This document shows, one piece after another, positions 46,910 through 54,584 of a stretch of 64,000 nucleotides of DNA. The position numbers and the translations under genes are program-made. The DNA comes from a virus. Taxonomy: Duplodnaviria; Caudoviricetes. Each line of letters opens with the position of its first letter. Within the stretch, counting starts at the first letter, position 1. The stretch is from the IMG/VR virus record IMGVR_UViG_3300048592_000967, positions 1,065-65,064 of that record, one strand, 5' to 3'. The notes beneath the pieces are model-generated. The model ran no database searches. It worked only from the letters and a program-made list of their open reading frames with translations, and was not told the origin of the DNA.

Positions 46910-48138
46910 TCTTGCGCCGCTTTGCGAGCTGGTTGCTGCTGTCTGACACCAGTCAGAGAAACGATAGCCCGCCGGATGGTCGAACTCAGAACGCTCAGAG
47001 GTCTCAGCCAGGCCGAATTCGCAAGGCAACTGGGGCAAGCTCGAACGACGGTATACAACTGGGAGAGTGGGCGGAACAAGCCCGAGGATGAGACACTGCT
47101 CCTGGTCTGTCGCGTGCTGGGAACCAGGGCCAGGCCGCCATCAATAAAGTCCATGAGCACCTCGGAAGATTGCTCAGGTGTCGATGCTGGGGGGATCAGG
47201 AATTGCTCCGGAGAGAGTCGTTCGTACGGAGGGAAGTTCTCAGGATGAAGCTTTCGATCGAGTCTGAATTCCGCAAACTCTGCCTTGCCCATCAAAACGA
47301 ACCGGCCTGACCCTCCGATACGAAGCAAGTGGAGTTCTCCCGATTTGAGCGCCGCCTGTTCTTCTGGCGACAAACCTGCGAAGTAGGTGCGCCAATCCTT
47401 GCGCTGTTCCCAGAGCAAAGTGAAGATGTCCTTCCGCCTCAGTTCCCTGACCATTTGCGCGCGCCGGTCTCGCTCTTGCTCGTCTGGTTTCATTCGGGTG
47501 CGCCGAGCCATCCGCATCAGCGGTGAACTTTCATTGCACCCGCGTGTCCTGAGTAGGTCCACAGGATCTAGAGCGGGCAATTGGGATTCCCAGTCCTCCT
47601 CCCAGTCGTCGAGTTCGTCCTCATGGTCTCCAGGAACGTCCTTGGCGTCGTTCTCGCGGGCAATGGGCGGTTCCGACTCTCCGGGCGGATTGTCCGACTG
47701 CAGGCTCTCGGTTGCTACTATGGAAACTTTGCTTGCTACGGCTTCGACGTTTTCCTGGATGTGACCAGGGGCGGCTGGGGCTTTTTTCTTGGCCTCCGCC
47801 CCACTCGTCTTCCCATCGGGTGGTAAGCCCCGAGCAAGCCAGGTCCCAACGCTCATTGCGAGATTTTCCGGGCACCCGTGCGCTATAAGCACCTTCTTGG
47901 CCGCCCTGAATAGGTTGTCGAGCTTGGTAGGCTTAACTGCCCCCTTTTCCCAGTTCAGCAAAGTGTCTCGAGACGGTCCGCCGTTGGACTCTATGGCTGA
48001 CTTTGATGCCGAAAAAGTTTCGTAGAAAATCGGCAGTCTTTTGCCCAGAAGTGGTTCATCAGGAAGCCCGTCACATAGGGCTTTCCAGTCTTTTCGTTCG
48101 GCAGTGAATTCGGCATTTTCTGGGGTGCCGATCGGCAT
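46906..48138 (-). CDS. Putative regulator with N-terminal HTH-like segment, coupled to int
   Basis: PSRDTLLNWEKGAVKP; GGAGG RBS; divergent from xis; stop overlaps the int ATG. Confidence 0.6.
   Translation of the reverse strand: MPIGTPENAEFTAERKDWKALCDGLPDEPLLGKRLPIFYETFSASKSAIESNGGPSRDTLLNWEKGAVKPTKLDNLFRAAKKVLIAHGCPENLAMSVGTWLARGLPPDGKTSGAEAKKKAPAAPGHIQENVEAVASKVSIVATESLQSDNPPGESEPPIARENDAKDVPGDHEDELDDWEEDWESQLPALDPVDLLRTRGCNESSPLMRMARRTRMKPDEQERDRRAQMVRELRRKDIFTLLWEQRKDWRTYFAGLSPEEQAALKSGELHLLRIGGSGRFVLMGKAEFAEFRLDRKLHPENFPPYERLSPEQFLIPPASTPEQSSEVLMDFIDGGLALVPSTRQTRSSVSSSGLFRPLSQLYTVVRACPSCLANSAWLRPLSVLSSTIRRAIVSLTGVRQQQPARKAAQE
46944..47119 (+). repeat. 176-bp inverted copy of the satellite repressor HTH-coding region (42802-42977)
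   Basis: Reverse-complement match with one mismatch seen. Confidence 0.93.
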
Positions 48139-48213
48139 ACGCAGTCCTCCAACACTCGTTACAGTCTAGACAGGTCGGATTTCCGACACTTCGGACGACA
48201 GGAGTTCACTTCC

Positions 48214-48453
48214 TTGAACAACTCAGGACTGCTCAATGGCCTACCTCGCCTGATCAAGCCTTGGCCCGACTGGGGGCAAGCGAATGGTCTATCTCGTGGC
48301 GCAACCTACGCGGCAGTCGATCGGATGCCGCCCGGCGTCCGGATCAAGATCGGCGGTCGCCTCCGCCTGAACGCAGACAAGCTACGAGAGTATCTTGAAG
48401 CGGGCGGAGACCTGGCCCGTCAATGTTCGGACGGACCCGGTGACTCCCGCTGA
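48214..48453 (+). CDS. Excisionase/AlpA-like DNA-binding protein
   Basis: GLSRGATYAAV..IKIGGRLRL..LREYL; AGGAG RBS. Confidence 0.75.
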   Translation: MNNSGLLNGLPRLIKPWPDWGQANGLSRGATYAAVDRMPPGVRIKIGGRLRLNADKLREYLEAGGDLARQCSDGPGDSR

Positions 48454-48967
48454 GAGCGCCCGCAAGGCTCGAGCCCAGTATTGCCTGGAGACTCTCGGCG
48501 CCTGCGTCTGCAAGAACGCGTCAAGAGCGAGCGAGTTGCGGTGCCTGGGGTGCCGTGGACGAGCTCTGCTTTACCTACAGGATGCCGTTGGTCTGATTCA
48601 CTGTGCGGCCTGCGGCCGGCGTTGGACCCTGGCCGGGTTCGCGCGCGAATTCGGCTTACCGCCACCGCCAACTTTTGAGCCTGCGCCGGGCCTAAATGGC
48701 GACCCACTAACGAAAGGACACAACGCGATGCTCCCCCAAAAAACAACCCTTCCCGCGGGCCAGCGAGAAGGGCTCAACTCTAGCTCAAAAACGAACTCTG
48801 TTCCGAAACCCATTTTCCACCCGCAGGGCCAAAGCCCCTCCGAGCTGACCTTTGAGGAGGCCGTCATGCGGGCTTCTCGTCGACCGCATGTCCCTGCGCC
48901 GCTGTTCGTGCCTGAACTGAGTCAAGCGGTCCCGGACTGGCGCTTACCTGGCAGGAGGCTGGGCTGA
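48440..48967 (+). CDS. Zinc-ribbon protein
   Basis: CLGC..CAACG; start uncertain. Confidence 0.5.
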   Translation: MTPAESARKARAQYCLETLGACVCKNASRASELRCLGCRGRALLYLQDAVGLIHCAACGRRWTLAGFAREFGLPPPPTFEPAPGLNGDPLTKGHNAMLPQKTTLPAGQREGLNSSSKTNSVPKPIFHPQGQSPSELTFEEAVMRASRRPHVPAPLFVPELSQAVPDWRLPGRRLG

Positions 48968-49335
48968 TGCAGCGCCCCGCCTCCGAACCAGGTGGCGGGG
49001 CCGGTCGGGCCCCCAAGCCCCCGGCACCGCCCTTTGAACTGCTCGAACTGAATCCCATCGGCAAGGGGAGTCTTCTCGGCCGGGTGCGGCTCAAGATGCC
49101 CTCGGGACTCATCATCGCCTGCAACGTGCTGCGTTCCAAACAAGACGGCCAGGCCGTATTCGTTTTGCCAGTCGGGGAGCGCCGGCACGACGGTGGATTC
49201 GCTCCTATCGTCGACTTTGCGACTCCAGAACTCCGGGAAGCCTGGCAAGACTCGGCACTGGCGGCCGTTCGCCCGAGGCTCCATGAACTTCTCGACCCCA
49301 CCCCCAAGGAGCGTTCCCAATATGCAGACTTCTAG
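48967..49335 (+). CDS. Small beta-rich putative nucleic-acid-binding protein
   Basis: AGGAGG RBS; upstream of the primase; FVLP..PIVDF. Confidence 0.6.
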   Translation: MQRPASEPGGGAGRAPKPPAPPFELLELNPIGKGSLLGRVRLKMPSGLIIACNVLRSKQDGQAVFVLPVGERRHDGGFAPIVDFATPELREAWQDSALAAVRPRLHELLDPTPKERSQYADF

Positions 49336-52300
49336 CCGCCGAGGGTCGACAGTAACCCAAAAGAACCCCTGTCCGATTTGTGGCAAACCGGACTGGTGCC
49401 TCCGTTTTCAGGACGGCGGCGTGAATTGCTATCGGGTGCCTTCGCTGCGGGAGAAGACCGACCATGAAGGCACCCTGTACTGGGTTCATCAGACGGAAGC
49501 CGGTGAGCAGGGCCCGGCCCTGGAACCGCTCCCTACGCAACAGCACAGCAGGGCCTCGGCCGACAAGGTGGACCGAGTCTACCGGGAGTTGCAGCAGCAA
49601 CTGACTCTGAACCAGGAGCACCAGGCCCAGCTGGTCGACCGGGGTCTGCCCGAGGTGGCCATCCGAGAGCACGGCTTCAGGTCGATGCACAGCCCGGCAG
49701 TTCGGGCGACCATCGCCAGGAGCATCGCTGACCGCTTCTCCGACTGGCAAGGTGTCCCGGGCTTCTACTGCGACCCCAAAACAGGGAAGGCCCGGCTGGC
49801 TGGTTCCGAGGGTCTGCTCATCTTCGGTAAGGACTTGGCCGGTAACGTGGCCTCGGTAAAGATTCGTCGAGATACGATAAAGGCAGGACAGGACCGGTAC
49901 TATTGGCTGAGCAGCACCAAGCACGGCGGCCCGTCTTCGGGTTCCTCGCCCACCTGGTGGGAACCGGTATCCAGGTCCCGGCTTAATGGGGTGGTTCGCA
50001 TCACTGAAGGCGCGTTCAAGTCCGTGGTCAGCGCTGAGTTGACCGGGGTTCCTGGTATCGCCGCAGGGTCCGGGGTGGGCTCCATGGCCAGCCCCCAGGT
50101 GCTCGACTTCCTGGCCGAACTGAATCCAGAGAAGGTTCTCGTCTCCAGCGACGCTGACTGGTTCTACAAAGCTGAGGTAGTTGTGAAGGCGAGAGCCTGC
50201 CTGGCTCGTCTGGCTGATGTTGCCGAGCGCTCCGGTCTTGAAGTCCTGGTGGAAGTCTGGCAGAGGGACCTCCCCGCCAAGGAGCGCTTCAAAGGCATCG
50301 ATGACGCCTTAACCGGTGGCCAGTCTATCGAAACCCTGGATCTTGATCGCTTTTTGAAATTGCTGCCCCCAGAAGATAGGGGTAAAAAAGTGTCACAGCT
50401 GTCACACGGTCAAGGAATGGCTTCAAATAAGGTTTCAGAGGGTGACGGCCTTTTGTCACAGGCTGTCACGGGGGGCCATGGCTCTTTGTGCGAAAGCCTG
50501 ATTTTAAGCCATTCTGAGGGTGACAACCCTGTGACAACCCAGGCGGCCGAGCTGTCACCGGCTGCCTCCTCACACCTTCCGCAGACCCTCGAAGGGGCTC
50601 TTCTGGCCGCCGACCGGTTTAGAGAGCAGATGAAGCCCAAGGACCTCCAAGGCCTGGCTTCTTCGATTTCGGCTGCTACTCGAGGGGTGGCCGTTGCGCC
50701 GAAGTTCCGCCGGCGGGTCCTGAACGTGCTCCAGCGATACGAGGCGCTACTGGGTGGCCATGGTGTGAACATTCACGATGTGACGGCGAGTGAACAGGCG
50801 CTTCGCGATTCCGAGGAGAGCGACACCGACAAGAAGGACCCGAACCACCAGGCAGACGTTCTCTTGGAAATGGCGTCCGCCGCCCAACTCATCAAGCACG
50901 GGAACCACCACTACATGAGCATGCTTCGCACCAACCCGGACGGGAGTTTCGGCCGCGAGACGGTTCGCTTTGGCGATCGGGGCAACGGCGCCGCCGCCTG
51001 GCTGAACTATGGCTACTACAAGGCCAAGGGTCGCGCCCCCAGTTCGGAAGCCATCAAGGCCGCCATGGCGACCCTGGAAGCCCGGTGTGAGTTCGAGGGC
51101 CTACAAGAGCGAGTCTGGCTTCGTGTGGCAGAGTCGGCCGATGGTGGAGACGGCAGCGATCGACGCCTCTACCACGACCTGGGGGACGAGCACCGGCGAA
51201 TCGTCGTCATCAGTCCCCAGGGTTGGCAGGTGGCTCAGGATGTCCCGGTCTACTTCTGGCGACCCAAGAGCCTCCAGGCCCTACCCGAACCGGTAAGGGG
51301 TGGTTCGCTGCTGGAACTGCGGGAGTTCCTGAACCTCCCCGACGAGAGCAGCTGGATTCTGGCAATTGCCTTCCTGATTTACAGCTTCGTGCCGACCTGC
51401 CCCCATCCGCTGCTCATCCTTGAGGGCGAGGAAGGATCCTGCAAGACTTGGGCCAGCCGCATTCTCCGTTCCCTGGTCGACCCAAACGGCGCCCTGACCC
51501 GGCGCCCACCGCGCAACGAGGAAGACCTCAGCCTCTATGCCCTGAACTCTCATCTGCCTTGCATCGACAATGTTGGCCAGATCGAGGACTGGCTGTCTGA
51601 CGGCCTGTGCGCTATCACCACCGGCAACGGGTGGGGCCGGCGGGCCAAGTTCACCGATGAGGCCGAATCGGTCGTGAACGTGGTGAGGCCCGTCATGATG
51701 ACCGGGCTGAGTGGTCTGAACGGCAAGTCCGATCTGATGGACCGAACGATCAAGCTGGTTCTGCAGCGCGTCCCTCCCAGCAAGCGACAGGCAGAGTCCG
51801 ACCTTCAGAAGGCCTTCGAAGAGGCCCGCCCCCGTATTCTCGGGGCCATTTACGATGTTCTCGCCAAGGGCCTGGCCAACCGCGGACAGGTCCCCCTACC
51901 AGCGCTCCCCCGCATGGCCGACTTCGCGCGGTTCATTGTCGAGGCTGAGGAGGCGCTACCTTGGAAGCCCGGTCAGTTCATGGAGGCCTTCCGCGAACAT
52001 CGAATAGACCAGGTCCTGGGGGTGCTCGAGTCAGACGGCCTGGCATCCGCCGTGCGGGAGCTCATGCGCCAGACCACCCGCTGGGAAGGCTCGGTCAGTC
52101 AACTCCACGTTCGCCTCTCAGAGTTCCGGGAGTTCAAGAGCAAGTTGCCAGGGCCCATGAGCCTGAAGGCCGCGATCCTAAAACTCAGGCCCAGTCTGCG
52201 GCATCTTGGAGTCGAAGTTTCTGACCTGCGCACCCGCAACGCCCGCTTGATCGTCTTGGAGAAAATGAGCGAGCGGCCCTCTGGGCTGCCTCAGAGCGAA

Positions 52301-52360
52301 GCGAAGCCGAGCCAAGAAACTCTCGCTGCCGAAGTTGCGGCCGTCGGAGAGCTGTTTTGA
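49322..52360 (+). CDS. Primase-helicase (Zn finger + Toprim + P-loop ATPase)
   Basis: CPICGKPDWC, ITEGAFK, SDAD, KGIDD, GEEGSCKT, IDNV, DLMDR, RMADF. Confidence 0.9.
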   Translation: MQTSSRRGSTVTQKNPCPICGKPDWCLRFQDGGVNCYRVPSLREKTDHEGTLYWVHQTEAGEQGPALEPLPTQQHSRASADKVDRVYRELQQQLTLNQEHQAQLVDRGLPEVAIREHGFRSMHSPAVRATIARSIADRFSDWQGVPGFYCDPKTGKARLAGSEGLLIFGKDLAGNVASVKIRRDTIKAGQDRYYWLSSTKHGGPSSGSSPTWWEPVSRSRLNGVVRITEGAFKSVVSAELTGVPGIAAGSGVGSMASPQVLDFLAELNPEKVLVSSDADWFYKAEVVVKARACLARLADVAERSGLEVLVEVWQRDLPAKERFKGIDDALTGGQSIETLDLDRFLKLLPPEDRGKKVSQLSHGQGMASNKVSEGDGLLSQAVTGGHGSLCESLILSHSEGDNPVTTQAAELSPAASSHLPQTLEGALLAADRFREQMKPKDLQGLASSISAATRGVAVAPKFRRRVLNVLQRYEALLGGHGVNIHDVTASEQALRDSEESDTDKKDPNHQADVLLEMASAAQLIKHGNHHYMSMLRTNPDGSFGRETVRFGDRGNGAAAWLNYGYYKAKGRAPSSEAIKAAMATLEARCEFEGLQERVWLRVAESADGGDGSDRRLYHDLGDEHRRIVVISPQGWQVAQDVPVYFWRPKSLQALPEPVRGGSLLELREFLNLPDESSWILAIAFLIYSFVPTCPHPLLILEGEEGSCKTWASRILRSLVDPNGALTRRPPRNEEDLSLYALNSHLPCIDNVGQIEDWLSDGLCAITTGNGWGRRAKFTDEAESVVNVVRPVMMTGLSGLNGKSDLMDRTIKLVLQRVPPSKRQAESDLQKAFEEARPRILGAIYDVLAKGLANRGQVPLPALPRMADFARFIVEAEEALPWKPGQFMEAFREHRIDQVLGVLESDGLASAVRELMRQTTRWEGSVSQLHVRLSEFREFKSKLPGPMSLKAAILKLRPSLRHLGVEVSDLRTRNARLIVLEKMSERPSGLPQSEAKPSQETLAAEVAAVGELF
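50391..50558. repeat. Second TGTCAC/GTGACA iteron array inside the primase-helicase linker
   Basis: 7 perfect hexamers; GTGACAACCCTGTGACA shared with 45029-45045. Confidence 0.75.
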
Positions 52361-52638
52361 CGCCCGCCGAACACGTCCGGCGTTGGTCAAGTCTGCTGTC
52401 CTGTGCTCACAGTCCGGGGGTCTGCGTGATTCTCAGCCGATACCCAGGGATTCTTCGGGTTTGCCTTAGACCGAAGGCCCCCGGGCGCCAGAGGGAGCAC
52501 GAGTTGTTGTTCGACCCTGTAAACGACAAGCCCGAGCGGATAGGCCAGCAGATCGAGGCTATGCGAGGTGGCGGAAACTACCCGCGGCGCGTTTTCACCG
52601 AGGCCGCGATCAAGGTGCTGAAAGGATGTCTTCGATGA
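52357..52638 (+). CDS. Hypothetical protein
   Basis: TTGA overlap with the primase. Confidence 0.55.
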   Translation: MTPAEHVRRWSSLLSCAHSPGVCVILSRYPGILRVCLRPKAPGRQREHELLFDPVNDKPERIGQQIEAMRGGGNYPRRVFTEAAIKVLKGCLR

Positions 52639-52928
52639 CACAGACCAATCGCCGAGCCCTGATCGCCCTCAGGGCATTGCGGCAAGCTCAAGCCGACCTG
52701 GTGGCGTTCTCGGATCAGTTGCCTGCCGAGGGAGGCCCCCTGGCCGGGCCCGAGCGCGAGCTGGCTCTTCTGGCCACCGAGGCAAGGGAAGCCCTGCATC
52801 TCGCTGCTCAGAAGGTGGAGACTCTGGTAGATGCCCACCGCATCTTCCAGAGCCTCAGGCTTGAGTTCAATGGTCGCAGAGACGGCCAGGAACAACCAAT
52901 TCTTGGAAGGGAGAGCATCCAGCAATGA
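52626..52928 (+). CDS. Hypothetical helical protein
   Basis: Operon continuity. Confidence 0.6.
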   Translation: MSSMTQTNRRALIALRALRQAQADLVAFSDQLPAEGGPLAGPERELALLATEAREALHLAAQKVETLVDAHRIFQSLRLEFNGRRDGQEQPILGRESIQQ

Positions 52929-53143
52929 GAGCTCAGACAACCTGCTCGAGCTGTGGCGGGACGCTGTTGGTCGAGGAGGTGAGTCTCACCCGAGACAACG
53001 GCAAGACGTGGATCCGGCAAAGGATTTATCGGTGCCTTTCCCAGCGACACAAGGGCGGCTGCCCGGCACAGACGGAGGATGTCGCGGAGATTCCGGCTCC
53101 CAGGACCGATTGGGCGCCAAAGGGGGAGGTTCACTACGGCTGA
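52925..53143 (+). CDS. Zinc-ribbon protein, possibly an Ogr/Delta-like late activator
   Basis: CSSCGG-x~20-RIYRC-x8-C, 72 aa. Confidence 0.55.
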   Translation: MRAQTTCSSCGGTLLVEEVSLTRDNGKTWIRQRIYRCLSQRHKGGCPAQTEDVAEIPAPRTDWAPKGEVHYG

Positions 53144-53207
53144 GGTTTCGGGGGAACGGGGGCAACGGGGGCAACGGGGCCATTCAAACGAAACGAGGTG
53201 TAGTCAA

Positions 53208-53717
53208 TTGAAAAAGCCAACTTCTTACGTCGAGTGCTGCCGAGAACTGGAGTCTTCGGGAGTAGACTCCGACACCGCCTGCCGTGCCTGCGAAATCGCT
53301 TTCTGGCAGACCCACGGCATGCTTATCGAGACCGCAGAGCGAAACGGTGCTGACCCCGCCGGCAGCCTTATCGACTCGGCCAGGGCGTCGACGATCGAAC
53401 TCTCAAGGCAGGACGATGGGGGCAAGAACCGCCAAATCGGTCAGGCAGGCTTGAGCAGGAACCTGACCAGAGGGGCCTCTCTGGCATCACCGCCGGATGA
53501 AGATCCTGACGACATGGTGAAACTGGCCCGAAGAATGGGCCTGCCTGTCCGCCCAGAGTCGAAGGTCGACCCCAACGACCTGGTCAGCGTCGCCAGAAAT
53601 CTGGGGCTTCCAGTTCGTCCCGAGCGCCCCGCCTGTGCCATCGAAGAAAGCGACCCCGATCACATGGTCAAGCTGGCCAAAGGGTTGGGGCTACCTGTCG
53701 GACCGGTAACCAGTTGA
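53208..53717 (+). CDS. Mini-scaffold: phage scaffold N-domain + 3x C-terminal motif, no protease domain
   Basis: GAGGT RBS before TTG 53208; KKPTSYVECCRELES matches 31558; MVKLARRMGLPV-type motif x3. Confidence 0.85.
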   Translation: MKKPTSYVECCRELESSGVDSDTACRACEIAFWQTHGMLIETAERNGADPAGSLIDSARASTIELSRQDDGGKNRQIGQAGLSRNLTRGASLASPPDEDPDDMVKLARRMGLPVRPESKVDPNDLVSVARNLGLPVRPERPACAIEESDPDHMVKLAKGLGLPVGPVTS

Positions 53718-53778
53718 ACTCGACTTGAATTCATCGACACGACAACGGGGAGTTTGTCATAGCGAAGGAGACATAACC

Positions 53779-54351
53779 ATGTTCGGATTCTTGAAACGAA
53801 ACAGGAAACCGCTACCCGCCCGGCCGGTCGAGGAAATCGACGCAGAGCTTGGCCCATTGGTCGAGGCGCAGCAAATTGAAGCGGCACGTCGACAGAAGAT
53901 CGACCAGCTCCAGGAAGAACGCAGTCGGGCTGTACTGTTGGCAGAAGAGGAGCAGCGCGCGAAGCAGGCCGCTGACCTGCAGCCTGAATACGAGAGACAC
54001 GCCTCCGCCTGGCGAGAGAAGGTCGCCGCTATTGAGGACGCGCTTCAGGGGCTGATGCACGATTTCAAAGAGGCCGCCGACCATGGGTGGAAAGCCAGCA
54101 GGGTGCAGCTTCGGATCGAGCGTCTTGGCCACCGGGTGAGCAACCCGCTTCGGGGCTATCAAGCCTCCTTTCTGGGCTACTTCACTTACGAGCGCTTTCT
54201 CAAGTTGTGGAAGGAGGCCGAGCGGCCCGGGGCGCTGGCGCCGCATCAGGCAGCAGCTGTCACCCGTGGTGAGCAACGCAGTCTGCCCGCTCAGCGAACT
54301 CTGCCACCTGTCCCCGTGAAGCCCTCCGCCAAGGGTAAGCTCAAGGGATAG
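53779..54351 (+). CDS. 190-aa coiled-coil protein
   Basis: AAGGAG RBS, preceded by a CGGGGAG-loop hairpin at 53741-53758. Confidence 0.75.
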   Translation: MFGFLKRNRKPLPARPVEEIDAELGPLVEAQQIEAARRQKIDQLQEERSRAVLLAEEEQRAKQAADLQPEYERHASAWREKVAAIEDALQGLMHDFKEAADHGWKASRVQLRIERLGHRVSNPLRGYQASFLGYFTYERFLKLWKEAERPGALAPHQAAAVTRGEQRSLPAQRTLPPVPVKPSAKGKLKG

Positions 54352-54357
54352 CGACCT

Positions 54358-54388
54358 GGCCGGGGCCTGTCGAGGACGCGCCCCGGCC
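54358..54388 (+). terminator. GC-rich hairpin after the coiled-coil gene
   Basis: GGCCGGGGC..GCCCCGGCC; weak U-tract. Confidence 0.4.
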
Positions 54389-54393
54389 CTTGG

Positions 54394-54520
54394 AACTTAG
54401 GAAATCCTGACGGGGCGTTTTCGTGCGAGGATGCACCCTCGTTTTATTTTGCCGGGGGAGACATCGCGAGGGGAGACATCCCAGGCAGTGTCACGAGTCG
54501 GCAGGTTCTCGTGGGGAGAC
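54394..54520 (+). promoter_or_regulatory. Satellite copy of the putative packaging site plus GGGGAGAC repeats
   Basis: 54394-54462 is the reverse complement of 29496-29564; three GGGGAGAC motifs. Confidence 0.7.
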
Positions 54521-54584
54521 ATACCTGCCCGCTATGGTCCAGCTCTGTAACGGGGAGTTTGCGGAATTGGAACGGTAACAACCC

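Larger units (their letters stand above)
37663..47078 (+). repeat. Direct repeat copy 1 (offset 16,922 bp; copy 2 = 54585-64000)
   Basis: Identical ORF translations at +16922; substitutions seen only in the first ~920 bp (last at 38585/55507); the rest was spot-checked only. Confidence 0.97.

Noticed and set aside
53079-53207. N-terminal extension (GQRGQRG) of the mini-scaffold
   Set aside because: RBS and homology start at TTG 53208; the repeat is better explained as AACGGGG leader motifs
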